Assembly: GCA_963847445.1 (NCBI GenBank)
Contig: CAWJZV010000008.1
Span: 96,001 to 160,000 of the forward strand
Length of the DNA stretch: 64,000 nucleotides
Direction: 5' to 3'
Source of the DNA: an uncultured delta proteobacterium
GTDB taxonomy: Bacteria; Desulfobacterota; Binatia; UBA9968
Numbering within the stretch: position 1 is the first letter of the stretch; each line of letters starts with the position of its first letter. The position numbers were made by a program, and so were the translations under genes. Under the pieces are notes generated by a model. That model did not search any database. It saw only the letters and a list, made by a program, of their open reading frames with translations, and was not told the origin of the DNA. This document shows positions 45,401 to 56,353 of this stretch, one piece after another.

Positions 45401-46102
45401 CGCGCCCATTTGCGCGGCGATCCCTACGATCTGGTTTTGCTCGACCGCGAAATGCCTGAGATGGATGGCTTTACGGTCGCGCAAAATATTTCCCGCGACC
45501 CGAGCCTGGCCGGCATCAAGATTGTCATGTACGTCTCTTCTTTGGCAGCCGGCGACGTTAGCCGCATGCAAACCCTCGGCGTCGCGCGGGTGCTGATCAA
45601 GCCGGTGCGCCGGTCGATTTTGGCGGAAGCGATCACCGCGGTATTCGGCGAGCGCGGCGGCGCGAAGGCGCTAGAAGGCGCGCCTACCGTGACATCCTTG
45701 GCGCCGGCGGAAGCGCGCGCGCTGCGCATTCTCGTCGTCGACGATACCTCGGATAACCGTAATCTGATCCGGGCCTATTTGAAAAAATCTCCCTACCTGA
45801 TCGACATGGCGGAAAACGGCGCGATCGCCGTGCAAAAATTCACCGCAAGTCGCTACGATCTGGTTTTGATGGATATGCAGATGCCGGTGCTGGATGGCTA
45901 CAGCGCCACCGCGGCAATTCGCGATTGGGAAAGAGAGCATGGGGTCGTGCCGACGCCGATCGTCGCGCTTACCGCCCACGCCCTCGCCGGCGATATGGAG
46001 AAGTCGCTTGAGGCCGGTTGCACGGCCCATGTGACCAAGCCGATTAAAAAACCCAAATTGATGGAAACCATCGCACAGTTCGCAGGGGGTAAGGAGTTAT
46101 GA
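42439..46102 (+). CDS. Hybrid sensor histidine kinase MASE1-CHASE-PAS-HisKA-HATPase-REC-REC (frameshift near 44760)
   Basis: [62 protein letters not shown] and LMDMQMP. Confidence 0.92.
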
Positions 46103-46413
46103 GTCACGCCGAAGCGATCCTCGTTCGCGTCGATATAGTTCTGGAGGATTTGGTTCCACAGTTTCTCAGCAACCGACTGGGCGACATTGAGTCGATCCGT
46201 TGCGCGACGGCCAGCGGCGACTACGAAACTGTCGGCGCCTTGGGCCATGGTATGAAAGGCGCCGGCGGCGGGTTTGGTTTCGACGACATTACCGTGATCG
46301 GCGCGGCTCTGGAGCAGGCGGCAAAACGACAGGATATCCCGGCGATCGCCGCCGAACTGGAAAAACTCGCCGATTATTTGGCGCGAGTCGAAGTAGTCTA
46401 TGAAGAACTCTGA
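46099..46413 (+). CDS. Hpt phosphotransfer protein
   Basis: GHGMKGAGGGFG motif. Start overlaps the kinase stop codon. Confidence 0.88.
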   Translation: MSHAEAILVRVDIVLEDLVPQFLSNRLGDIESIRCATASGDYETVGALGHGMKGAGGGFGFDDITVIGAALEQAAKRQDIPAIAAELEKLADYLARVEVVYEEL

Positions 46414-46708
46414 TGCAACGCTGGTCCTGAACGTCGATGACGACAAGGATAGTCGGAAGCTCATCGAGCGCTTCCTCGCTGGTGCCGGTTATTGTGTGTT
46501 GTCGGCGGACAGCGGTGCCAGCGCGCTTTCGCTTGTGAGCGAGGCGACGCCGGACTTGATCTTGCTCGACGTCATCATGCCGGGGATGGACGGCTACGCA
46601 GTTTGTGCCGAGTTACTGCAGCCGACGACGGCATCGATGCGATCATGCAGTTGGGCCGTAAACAGCAAGAGAGTCACTGATAGTCTAACTGGCGACAAGG
46701 GAGGATGA
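46400..46708 (+). pseudogene. Truncated response regulator
   Basis: VDDD...PDLILLDVIMPGMDGYAVC present, then the receiver pattern stops with no T/S or KP motif. Confidence 0.7.
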
Positions 46709-47919
46709 TGATTACCATACAGGAAACATTCGACGCTGAGTTGCTGGCCAAGCGCAATACCTCTCTGCGCGAACTGGGCGCCGATCTGGACACTATTGAG
46801 GGTTTGATTCTCGCTTTGGCAGATCCCACCGTCGCCGTGGAGCGCGGACGTAGACTGGCCCGCATCGCCCACTCCATCAAAGGTATCGCCGGCAGGTATG
46901 GCCTCGATTTGATCTCGGTGGCGGTGCATCGAATGGAAGACGATATGGCGATCCAGGATCTCGTCGATGGCGAAAACGATAAATATGTCGAGCGCATGTT
47001 AAAGCACAAGGAGCGCTTGGTGAAATTGGTCGAGGCCTATTTCAATGATGACCAGCAGGTATTGGCCGACATGCAGCCAATCTTCGCCCGTGCCCCGGCT
47101 GCGCCGGCACTCGAGCCGGACGCTGCCGAGGCCGCGTCATGGTTCCGCGTGCTCCTGGTCGATTCCTCACGGGCGACGCTGAAGGTCTGCGTCGATGTGC
47201 TCAATGAACTAGGGGTAGAGGAAGTCGCCACCGAGCAAGACGGCTACGAAGCCCTGGGCCGGCTGCTCAAAGAGCCGTTTGACGCCGTGATCACCGCGCT
47301 CCATGTGCCGACCATTGGTGGTCACTCGTTGATGCCGGCACTAAGAACCATCCCCGGACCCAATCAGATGACGCCGGTGATCTTGCTGACCCCGTCGGCC
47401 GCGGACCTCGTTGCCAACGCGGTCCGGCCCGACTACATCGTCGAAACAAATCTCAAAATGACGCAGCGCTTGAAAAGAATCCTGAGCGAATTGAAAGACG
47501 CTGCTAGGCTTGGCGCGCCACTGGTTTGGCCGAAGATTGATCGGGTGTTGAAGAAAATCGTCTTGGTCGACGATTCGCCGACGATTCATCAATTGCTTCG
47601 GATATCGTTCAAACGCTTTAAGCATATCCAGATCGCCAGCTTAGAAGATCCGACGACGGCGGTGGCTTTTGTCCGTAACGAGCGGCCCGATTTAGTCTTG
47701 CTGGACTTAAACATGCCGAAGCTAAGCGGCAAGGACGTCATACGCGAGATCAAGATGAGCGCCGACCTGCAAGACATTCCGGTGGCGTTTCTAACCGCGG
47801 CTGACACTGCCGACGAGCGCGAAGAGTTGTTCGGCCTGGGCGCTTGGCAGGTTTTTAAGAAACCTTTTGTGCCGAAAACTTTCGCCGACGAATTGCTCCA
47901 AATCTATAAAGAAGCGTAG
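46705..47919 (+). CDS. Hpt-REC-REC signalling protein
   Basis: AHSIKG (Hpt). First receiver VITALHVP lacks the acceptor Asp. Second receiver LLDLNMP...FLTA...KKPF is intact. Confidence 0.82.
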   Translation: MMITIQETFDAELLAKRNTSLRELGADLDTIEGLILALADPTVAVERGRRLARIAHSIKGIAGRYGLDLISVAVHRMEDDMAIQDLVDGENDKYVERMLKHKERLVKLVEAYFNDDQQVLADMQPIFARAPAAPALEPDAAEAASWFRVLLVDSSRATLKVCVDVLNELGVEEVATEQDGYEALGRLLKEPFDAVITALHVPTIGGHSLMPALRTIPGPNQMTPVILLTPSAADLVANAVRPDYIVETNLKMTQRLKRILSELKDAARLGAPLVWPKIDRVLKKIVLVDDSPTIHQLLRISFKRFKHIQIASLEDPTTAVAFVRNERPDLVLLDLNMPKLSGKDVIREIKMSADLQDIPVAFLTAADTADEREELFGLGAWQVFKKPFVPKTFADELLQIYKEA

Positions 47920-48047
47920 CCGGTGCGGCGAATGCCGCCCCGCCGACCCCCAAGGCGTAACACGATACGCGCTTGCGTCCGGGCTTCCTCTTTGGATTCG
48001 TTGCGTATTGCGCGGCTATCTCGGCGGTTCCGATTTACCGCGTTAGC

Positions 48048-49052
48048 TTACAAGCCGAAGATTTTGCGAAACTCGCGCGCGTGATCGTCCAGTCCTGAGT
48101 ACACCTCTTTGGGTACCGCTTTCACCTTCAATTTGCTTTGATCCATTTTCGCCGCCAGCGGTTTGACGTCGGTCCGAGCCGGGATGCGACGCATCTCGCG
48201 GATCATTTCCTGACCTTTACGCGAAGTCGCGAAGTTGATCAGCAGCTTGGCGGCATTGGGGCTGGTCGCCTTGGCGCTGAGCGCTATGCCGCTGATGGTC
48301 GCGACGATGGGATCGAAGCTTTCGATCCAATCCACTGGCGCGCCGTCGCTCTTCATTCTTTCGATGCGGAAGTTATAGGCCCACGCCAAGGGCACTTCGC
48401 CGGCGCCGACCAGTTGTGCGGTTAAGCCGTGGCCGCGGCGCCAGAGCGGGTCTTGCTTGGCCAGCTGCTGCATGTACTTGACGGTCTTTTCCCGGCCCCA
48501 CACCGTCAACAACGTGCCGAACCAGTCGTAGTCGGTGGAGTCCATGAGCATCTGCCCTTTCCATTTTGGCGCGAGCAGATCCTCATAACTTTTCGGCGCG
48601 TCTTTGGCGGCGAGCATCTTGGTGTTGTATGCGAGCACCAGATTATTGACGAACACGCCGGTCCAGTAGCCCTGGGGGTCTTTAAATTGATCCATAAAGA
48701 GATCGCGATCGGGCGCTAGATAGGGCGTGATCATCTTGCGCTCGATCATCGTCGCGATCGAGCTCGTCGATAGGACATCGAATGCCCAGCGCCCGGCGCG
48801 GGTCTCGCTCAAGATGCGGTTTACCAGTTGTTCTTCGCCCAATCGAACCAGTTCCGGTTTGATGAATGGATGCTCTTTAACAAAGGCGTCGAGCAACGGC
48901 TTCGAGGTATCCACCGCCATCGAAGTGTACCAAGTGAGTTTGCCTTCTTTCCTGGCGCCGTCGATGAGGCTGGACTGGGATTGTGCGTCGAGGTTGGCGG
49001 CGAGCGAGAGACTGAGGCTTACCGCAGCGACTAAAAGTAGGTAATATTTCAT
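48048..49052 (-). CDS. Extracellular solute-binding protein
   Basis: GARKEGKLTWYTS, DLLAPKWKG and SPNAAKLL. Signal peptide. Confidence 0.87.
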   Translation of the reverse strand: MKYYLLLVAAVSLSLSLAANLDAQSQSSLIDGARKEGKLTWYTSMAVDTSKPLLDAFVKEHPFIKPELVRLGEEQLVNRILSETRAGRWAFDVLSTSSIATMIERKMITPYLAPDRDLFMDQFKDPQGYWTGVFVNNLVLAYNTKMLAAKDAPKSYEDLLAPKWKGQMLMDSTDYDWFGTLLTVWGREKTVKYMQQLAKQDPLWRRGHGLTAQLVGAGEVPLAWAYNFRIERMKSDGAPVDWIESFDPIVATISGIALSAKATSPNAAKLLINFATSRKGQEMIREMRRIPARTDVKPLAAKMDQSKLKVKAVPKEVYSGLDDHAREFRKIFGL

Positions 49053-49080
49053 GCTACTCCACTGGGCTGCTCCGGGTCGA

Positions 49081-49146
49081 GATGGACGATGGAGGACGGC
49101 TCGGATTGAAGCACGCGATCTTCTATCGTCCATCCTCGATCCTCGA
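49081..49146. repeat. 7-nt periodic repeat hairpin
   Basis: GATGGAC GATGGAG, then CTATCGT CCATCCT CGATCCT. Confidence 0.55.
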
Positions 49147-49156
49147 CCCGTCAGTT

Positions 49157-50277
49157 CTACGCCCGCGGGTAAAACGCGTCGACCATCAAACGTTTATGAT
49201 GACCGGGCGTGCCGAGATATTGATATAGCGTATGAGCGAGGACGCTGTGCGCCATCATCGGGTGGCTGTAGTCCGTGCCCGGTCCGGCCCAGACCATGTG
49301 CGCGTAGTTGGTGCCATGATAGTAGCCGTCGCTGGCGGTGGCTTTGGCCTCATGCACACCGGCGCGGGCGTCCATGCCGGTTTCTAAGCGCCAGATCGCT
49401 TCATAGGTCGCCCAGCGCGCGGTGTCCAAGCAGATCGAGATATCGACGCAGTGATCTTGGACCCGTTGAAAGCGACCGATGGGTTGTCCGAAGACCACGC
49501 GGGTGCGGGTGTACTCGCAGGTGAAGTCAAAGACTTCCTGGGTGGCGCCGACTTGATAGGCCGACAAAATCGGCAGCGCTTTGTCGAGAGCTTTTTCCAG
49601 GGTCGCCCAACTGGCGCCGCTCGAGCCGAGCAGGTTGTCGGCGTGACGATGACATTGTTGAAACGCACTTCAAATACCGAGACGAAGAAGCCAATGTGCT
49701 GAGTCACGGTGACGCCGGGGCTCTTGGCGTCGACCAGCAGGAAGACCACTTTGCCTTCTTCACTGCGCGCGGCGCAGAGAAAACTCGTCGCGGCGTCGGC
49801 GTCGAAGACGAAACGCTTGGTGCCGTTCATCAAATAGCCGCTGGGGGTTTTGCTCAAGCGGGTTTCGACCGCTTCCGGTCCCCAGTAGGCGGACTGGTCG
49901 ACGATCGCCGGTACGACGATGGTCTTGCCGCTGCACAACTCCGGCAGCAACGCTTTTCTTTGTGCGTCGGTGCAGGCTTCGAAAATCATCTGGGCGCTGA
50001 GTATGCCGGACGTGAACAGCGGACCCGGCACCGGGCCGTGGCCCAACTGTTCGAAAACTACGGCGCAGTCCATCGGCGACAGGCCGGCGCCGCCCCATTC
50101 TTCCGGCAACATCATGCCCAACCAGCCGAGCTCGGCGGCTTTTTTTAAGATCTCTGGTCTAAACACTTGCTTGTTTTTGTACCACTGGGTCATCTGGTGC
50201 GCCGGCACTTCTGCCTTGACGAAATCCGCGGCAACTTTTTTCAACATCTCTTGGTCTTCGGTTAAACCTAAATCCAT
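49157..50277 (-). CDS. Acyl-CoA dehydrogenase family protein (frameshift near 49640)
   Basis: AELGWLG..PEEWGG, NGTKRFV and RVVFGQPIGRFQ motifs. Confidence 0.88.
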
Positions 50278-50303
50278 TTCTTTTCTCCTACGTTCAGAGC
50301 CCG

Positions 50304-50373
50304 TGGAACCTTATGGAACCTCTGGAACGAAACAGCTCATGTATCAATCGTTCCAATGGTTCCGGATGTTCCA
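50304..50373. repeat. TGGAAC/GTTCCA periodic repeat hairpin
   Basis: TGGAAC three times, then GTTCC three times. Confidence 0.55.
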
Positions 50374-50399
50374 GTTGTTACCTGTTGCCCCATGGCCAA

Positions 50400-51615
50400 T
50401 TAATGCGTTTCCGGCGCGGTTTCTTTGGTCGGACGGCCGAGGCCGAGACGACGGGCGAAGATCAACCGGTCGGTGTCTAATGTGCCGCCGCCATGCAATT
50501 GGCCGGGGCCAGTGCGCACAGCGTACTCGAAGTCAATCACTTCGTGCACCGATAAATTCTGCACCAGGGCGTCGGCGCCCATGATCGCCTGCAAGGCGTT
50601 CGCCGTTGCGCAGGCGCAACATGCGTTGAAAATAGCGCTGTTGGGGGCCGCCGTAGGGATGCGGCTTTTTGGCGAATCGGCACCAGTAGATCAATTGATT
50701 GAAGCGGCGCAGGGTGTTCAACTCGATGGTCATGTCGGCGACCAGGTCGCGCACGCGTGGATCTTCGATGATTGGTTTGCCGTCGATGTGAGTATTGCGG
50801 CAGTACTCGACGACGCGTTCGATCAACGGGTCGACGGCGATGCGGCCGTCGCCGCCATGTTCCAATTCCAGATGGGTGGTCGCGACCCTCCAGCCGTTGT
50901 TCTCGCCGCCGACCAGGTAGTTCGCCGGCACACGCACGTTGTCGAAGAACACCGCGTTCTTGATGCCCATCATCAAGTTCATATGTTGAATCGTGATGCC
51001 CGGCAGGTTGGCCGGGATATGCAGCCAGGCGAGGTTTTCGTGGCGTTTGCCCTGGGAGTTCGTGCACACCAATGTCCAGAGAAAATCCGGCGGCAGATGA
51101 TGGCCGACCATGACTTTCTGGCCGTTGACGACGTAGTGATCGCCGTCGCGGATCGCTTTGGTCTGACAATTGGCGATGTCGCTGCCGCCGTGCGGCTCGG
51201 TGAGCACCTGCCAGACGCAGATCTGCGCCTTGGTGATGGCCGGCAAGAATTCCGCCTTTTGTTCTTCCGTGCCCCAGCGGATCAACACCGGCGCGACGAT
51301 GCGCGCCAAGGTGTAGAACGTGTGCGAGAGATTAAGCCCGTATTTGAACAGCTCGGTTTCCAGCACCATCTGATGATCGACGGTGAGTTCGGCGCCGCCG
51401 TATTGTTCGGGAAAAAGCGGGAATAACCAGCCCTTGGCGCCGAGCTTTTCGGCCAGGCCGCGGCGGAACTGGTACTCGTCGGCATCCTCGCGCGTCGACC
51501 AGGAAGCCGACCAACGCAGATGCTCGTTGCCTTTGAACTGCTCGGCGAGCCAGGCGCCGACTTCTTTGCGAAACTCCACTACGTGGGGTGGATCTGCACT
51601 GACATTAAAGTCCAT
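50400..51615 (-). CDS. Acyl-CoA dehydrogenase family protein (frameshift near 50597)
   Basis: LTEPHGGSD, VNGQK, VFFDNVRVP..LVG..N.GW and GGGTLD motifs. Confidence 0.88.
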
Positions 51616-51704
51616 GGTTCACTCCTTCATCGCCTGTGGTATGGAATTGGGCGTCTCGCTCTGGGGTTAATGTTGCACGCCAGGCGCTCGACTCCCGAAG
51701 AAAT

Positions 51705-52900
51705 TCAAATCACTCCACTTGCCTTAAAATCCTTAACAGCATTGCGGTCGTAACCCAACTTCGCCAATACTTCTTCGGTGTTTTCTCCAAGCAGCGGCGC
51801 GGCGCGAAAAAATTTTGGCGGCGTGCCCGACATATTGATCGGACTGCCGACCAGATTGCTCACGCCCATCTTCGGATGCTCGATTTGTCTGGGAATGCCC
51901 AGATGTTTGATCTGCGGATTGTCGAACACTTCCTGAATCGTGTTGATCGGCGCGTTGGGGATGCTATTAGCGTCGAGGCGCGGCAGCCAATAGTCGCGTC
52001 GTTTCCTAACCGAACGCTGCGCGCAGCATGGCGACGATCTCGTCATGGCGATCGCTGCGTTGCTTGCGCGTGGCGAAGCGCGGGTCGCCGACCCGCTCGT
52101 CGAGCTCGCCGGCTTTGAGCAGACCCTCCCAAGCTTCGTTGTGGCCGGACAAATGCACCATGAACGGTTTCTTATCACAATCGAGCAGGCTGTAAATTCG
52201 CCCCTTGGGAAAATTCTCCCGCGACACCGCTTCGCCGCCGTTCAAGTAATCCGAAACATGGGATTCGATGAAGGCGATGGCGACTTGCAAGAGCGAGACA
52301 TCGATAAACTGACCAACCCCGGTTTTGGCCCGCGCCAAAAGCGCTGCCATGATGCCGTGAGCGGCGAAAATGCCGGCCGAGTCGTGAGCCGGAGGGAATC
52401 CGCGGCGACTTTCAGTCGTCGAGATCGGTGACCAGGCTCATCATGCCGCTGAGCGCCTGGCCGATGGTGTCAAAGCCGGGTTTGTCTCGGTACGGGCCGC
52501 TCTGGCCGTAGCCGGAGATCGAGCAGTGGATCGGTCCGGATTCAATTTCGCCAGTTCGTCGTAGTCGAGGCCCAGCTGCTGGCGCGTCGGCGGGCGAAAG
52601 TTTTCCAAAAAAATTATCCGCCGTGACGAGTAGCTTGGACAAAATCTCACGGGCTTTTTTGTCGCGCAGGTTGCAGCGTGACGCTCTTTTTATTACGATT
52701 GAGCGCGCGGAAACTCGGACCGTAGCCGTCGTATTTGGGATTGCGCCCGCGGTGGTATGACCGCCCTTGGGCAGCTCGACTTTGATCACTTCACAACCCA
52801 GGTCGCCGAGCAAGCTGCCGGCGTGGGCCCGGCCACATGGCCGCTGACATCGATACAAGTGAATCCTTCGAGAGCGCCGGAGATCATTTATTTTCGCCAA
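51705..52900 (-). CDS. CaiB/BaiF CoA-transferase (several frameshifts; may be a pseudogene)
   Basis: LGDLGCEVIKVE, ENFRP, CSISGYGQSGPY, GVGQFIDVSL and APLLGENT spread over four ORFs. Confidence 0.8.
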
Positions 52901-52924
52901 TTCCTAACAGACGGGTTTTACTAT

Positions 52925-53245
52925 CGTCATTCCCGCGCACGCGGGAATCCAGGTTGTGTTTTGGGTCACGGGACTGAAACCCTACTATAACGGAGCCGCG
53001 CCGACCGACCCGAAATGACGAACGGATATCGTTTCACTTATCGCAATCAAAAATGGTTTTCCACCTCGGCTGGTGCAAAGGTTCAAACCCAAGGGAGCGT
53101 GGGCGTTCTAGCCCCCGTTTAACCAGAGCGGACAGGAATGTCCGCGCTCGTCTTTAATTGTTACGACGGTAGTAGGCAGTTTGCAACTATGGCTATCGCG
53201 GAGTGCATCCTGAGCAACAGCCGAAGGGCTTCACCCATCCTACAG
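52925..53245. repeat. Cluster of REP-like palindromes
   Basis: ATTCCC-N8-GGGAAT at 52929-52948, GCGGACAGGAATGTCCGC, and CTTCACCCATCCTAC (GTAG-type on the minus strand). Confidence 0.55.
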
Positions 53246-53347
53246 GACTTGCGATCTCGGCTTGACTGCGAGCCGCGCGCAGGGTTATAGCTGCCAAGTT
53301 CGGCGAATGGGCCGACAATACGTCAACGTTCGGAGGAGCAAAAATAG

Positions 53348-53754
53348 ATGAACTGGCAAGAAGCACTTCCCCTGTTGCAGGGAAATCATACTGGTGTCGC
53401 GGCGACTGTCACGGCGAAAGGCCGTGCACAGGCGACCATCGTCTCGACTGCGGTGCTGGACGGCAAGGTCAGCATCCGCGCGGCCGCGCACCGTCAAGGC
53501 TAAAAACATCGAACGGACGGGCCAGAGCGGCGATCACGGTCATCAAACTCGAAAACCGCCGTTACGTCACCGTCGAAGGGCCGGCGTCCATCGAACCGTG
53601 GCAAGACACCCCGGCGCACATCAAGCGGCTGAAAGACTTTTACGTTTCGATGGGACGAGCCAAGGGGACTGACGAGGAATTTGCCAAGCAGATGCGCGAG
53701 GAGCAGCGCAGCCTGATTCTAGTTACCCCCGAGCAGCTCTACGGCAGCCTTTGA
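53348..53754 (+). CDS. PPOX-class (pyridoxamine 5'-phosphate oxidase-like, possibly F420-dependent) oxidoreductase, multiply frameshifted
   Basis: GGAGGAG RBS. Joined frames give MNWQEALPLL...ATIVS...TVKAKNIER...YVTVEGPA...MREEQRSLILVTPEQLYG. Confidence 0.7.
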
Positions 53755-53853
53755 TCGGGAACCTGGCGAATTTTCCTTTCGCGTCCGCAGGCGTCGGGAC
53801 GGCAGGCTGGCTTCTACGGTCAAGCCAACCTGTCGCCGCGCGCAACTTGTGCG

Positions 53854-54010
53854 TCAGTCGCGCAATAGGTATTCGCCCGAAAACTTCACCTGATCACTTT
53901 CCGGCAGCGGATGGTAGCGCGCCGCTTGAACGTCGCGGAACAGCCGTTCCAGACCGAAATCGCGATAGAAACCCGCCCCTCCGACGATTTCCATCGCCTT
54001 GGTACAGGAT
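53854..54010 (-). pseudogene. Orphan 3' fragment of an acyl-CoA dehydrogenase
   Basis: Minus strand reads KAMEIVGGAGFYRDFGLERLFRDVQAARYHPLPE, ending TGA at 53854. Confidence 0.75.
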
Positions 54011-54237
54011 CGCTGATTAGCGCTTACTGTCCGGAAATATGGCGGCGCGCGTTCGGGTGTGGTGCCCGACTTGCACGCTGCGCTAGTTCAAATCAACCAG
54101 GCATTTCGCGATCGGGGTATGAACCACGCTCGCGACCAAAGTGGATGTTCAACCCCCTTTGGAAACCCCAGCAATTTTCGTGCCCGCAGCAAGCTGCGGG
54201 GAATGTTAGATTCAAAAAAACCGGAGGTGTTCCCGTG

Positions 54238-54867
54238 ATGACGCTCTATTTCAGTCCTGGCGCCTGTTCTTTGGCTTCGCATATCGGTCTCGAAGAAACC
54301 GGCGCGCCCTACGAGGCCAAGCCGATTCTTCTGGCCAAGGGACAGCAGCGCACCGAAAACTGTCTGAAGATCAACCCGCGCGGGTAAAGTCCCGGCGCTC
54401 AGCGTCGACGGCAAGATTCTGGTCGAGAACACCGGGATACTCACTTATCTGGCGCGGCGATTTCCGGAAAAGAAGCTGCTGCCCGCCCCGATCCCGCCGA
54501 GGAGGGGCGTTGCATCGGCACCATGTGCTGGTTTTCGAGCGTGGTCCATCCGTCGTACCAGCGCTTCCATCGGCCCGAGCGTTTCGCCGACAGCGAGGTG
54601 GCGCATGCCGCGGTCAAGGAAAACGGCCGAAAGTCGTTCTGGGCCAATCTTCAAGAGATCGACTCGATGATCCAAGCAAACGGCTGGGTCATGGGCAAAG
54701 AGTTCACCGCCGTCGATGGCTACGCTCTGGTTTTTTACGGCTGGGGCGCGCGCAGCGGGTTTCCCATGAAGGACCTCGGTGCCTACACGGCATGGCGGGA
54801 GCGCATGATGCAGCGCCCGACGGTTCGGAAAAGTGTCGAGAGCGAGGAAAGCGTTTCGGCGTCATAG
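54238..54867 (+). CDS. Glutathione S-transferase (frameshifted)
   Basis: LYFSPGACSLASHI, INPRGKVP and WRERMMQRPTV. GGAGG RBS. Confidence 0.88.
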
Positions 54868-55038
54868 TTCGTCATCGAATACTCGCCGCTCGCTTGCGGG
54901 AAATAAATCGTTGCGGTGCGTCATCGCAGCGGAATACGCTCCCGGTTTGCACTTGAGATTGATTCTTATTGATGAGCCCGCTGATTTAGCTTTCATGCTC
55001 CCTCGTGGTGGCGCGGCTTGAAGGCGGCATTACAACGT

Positions 55039-55503
55039 ATGTCCGAGCACTACGGTAAACATCCGCTCGCAACCGTGCCGGGAGTGTTTGCGCTTGCCCT
55101 ATGGTCGGGTTACTCGCTTTACGCGGCGCTTTACTATCCCGATGTCCTTACCTCAATGCTCATTGCCGGTTGCTTCGGCTTGGCCGCCTGCTTGGCTGTG
55201 ATTTTTAATTTCACCTATTGGCGTTCCACTGTGTTACTGGCTTCATCTGTTTATTTGGTGCTCTATGTGATCCGAATCGTGCGCATGACGGCGATAGCGA
55301 AAGACCTCTCGTTTCTGTCTGCGCTCTCCTTTTATTACAGCGCCTCGTGGCGCGTGGCTACGGGCGCGTTTGAAGAGAAAGGTTTGGTGGGTGGTTTGAC
55401 ACATGCCTTTTTAGAATTCGCAATGCCCGTGCTGGTGATCGCTCTTATCTCAGTTATTCTATCAACTTCGCGACGGAAGCTTGTCGTTTCGCGGACCGGC
55501 TGA
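55039..55503 (+). CDS. Hypothetical membrane protein
   Basis: About four hydrophobic segments; no recognised motif. Confidence 0.6.
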   Translation: MSEHYGKHPLATVPGVFALALWSGYSLYAALYYPDVLTSMLIAGCFGLAACLAVIFNFTYWRSTVLLASSVYLVLYVIRIVRMTAIAKDLSFLSALSFYYSASWRVATGAFEEKGLVGGLTHAFLEFAMPVLVIALISVILSTSRRKLVVSRTG

Positions 55504-55620
55504 TCCAGAGAACCGTGGCGAGAAAAAAGGCCGGTTAGATTTTCTGGCCATCACGAAACTTTTCTGCTTCTATAGAGACAGTGTCGCACCTCAGCATCGA
55601 AGGAAACAGGAGGAAACTAT

Positions 55621-56211
55621 ATGGCCAGGATCAAAGGCGTAACGGAAAGTGACGCCAATGATGATGTGCGGCAGATTGTCGAAGAGCAGAAGAAACGTCA
55701 CGGATTTGTCTCAAACGCTGCGCAGGTGTCCGCCGTAAGGCCGACAATTCAGAAGGGAGTTCAGGCGCTCGCCCGGGGAATTCAGGATTCAGGACTGATA
55801 GCGCAGGAGTTACGCAACCTGGTCTGCGTCAGGACTGCTCACATCAATGGCTGTCCTTATTGAATTGATAGTAACGCATCCGGGGCGATGCAAAACGGAG
55901 CGGCGGGGGAAAGGTCGAGGCGGCATTAGGGCGATTACAAGAGAAATCCATTGTTTTCCGTGCGCGAGCGGCTGGCGCTGGAGCTGGCCGAGCGAATGAC
56001 CTACACGGGCAAACGGGTCTCGGATAAGTTTTTCAATCGTCTCAAGAAGCATTTTAGCGACGAGGAATTAGTCGAATTGGCGGCGGTGATCGCCCTCGAG
56101 AACTTTCGCAGCAAGTTCAACCCGGTCTTCGCCATCGAGGCGAACAATTTCTGCCCTCTGCCCGGAATCAAAGAAGCTGCCGCCGCCGCCACGCGGCGCT
56201 TCCGTGAGTGA
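55621..56211 (+). CDS. AhpD/carboxymuconolactone decarboxylase-like protein, probable selenoprotein (CxxU)
   Basis: NGCPY-TGA-ID sits at the CxxC position. Downstream ORF 55951..56211 is in the same frame (FSVRERLAL..AE.MT, FSDEELVEL). Confidence 0.8.
55876..55891 (+). promoter_or_regulatory. Candidate bacterial SECIS hairpin
   Basis: GCATC-CGGGGC-GATGC begins 12 nt after the in-frame TGA at 55861-55863. Confidence 0.55.
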
Positions 56212-56353
56212 GACGATGCATTTTGCAAATTGAGACGAGCGATCTCATCGCCATTCGTTGGGCCGCGAAGAACTCGGCTCGCGGGCGAGAACGTTGATTT
56301 TCAACGATTGGAGCGTTCACTGACTCTTACGCCGTTCGACCAGGCAAAGCACC

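Noticed and set aside
19931-50373. Short tandem repeats as CRISPR arrays
   Set aside because: Units are 7-10 nt and degenerate, with no unique spacers and no cas genes.
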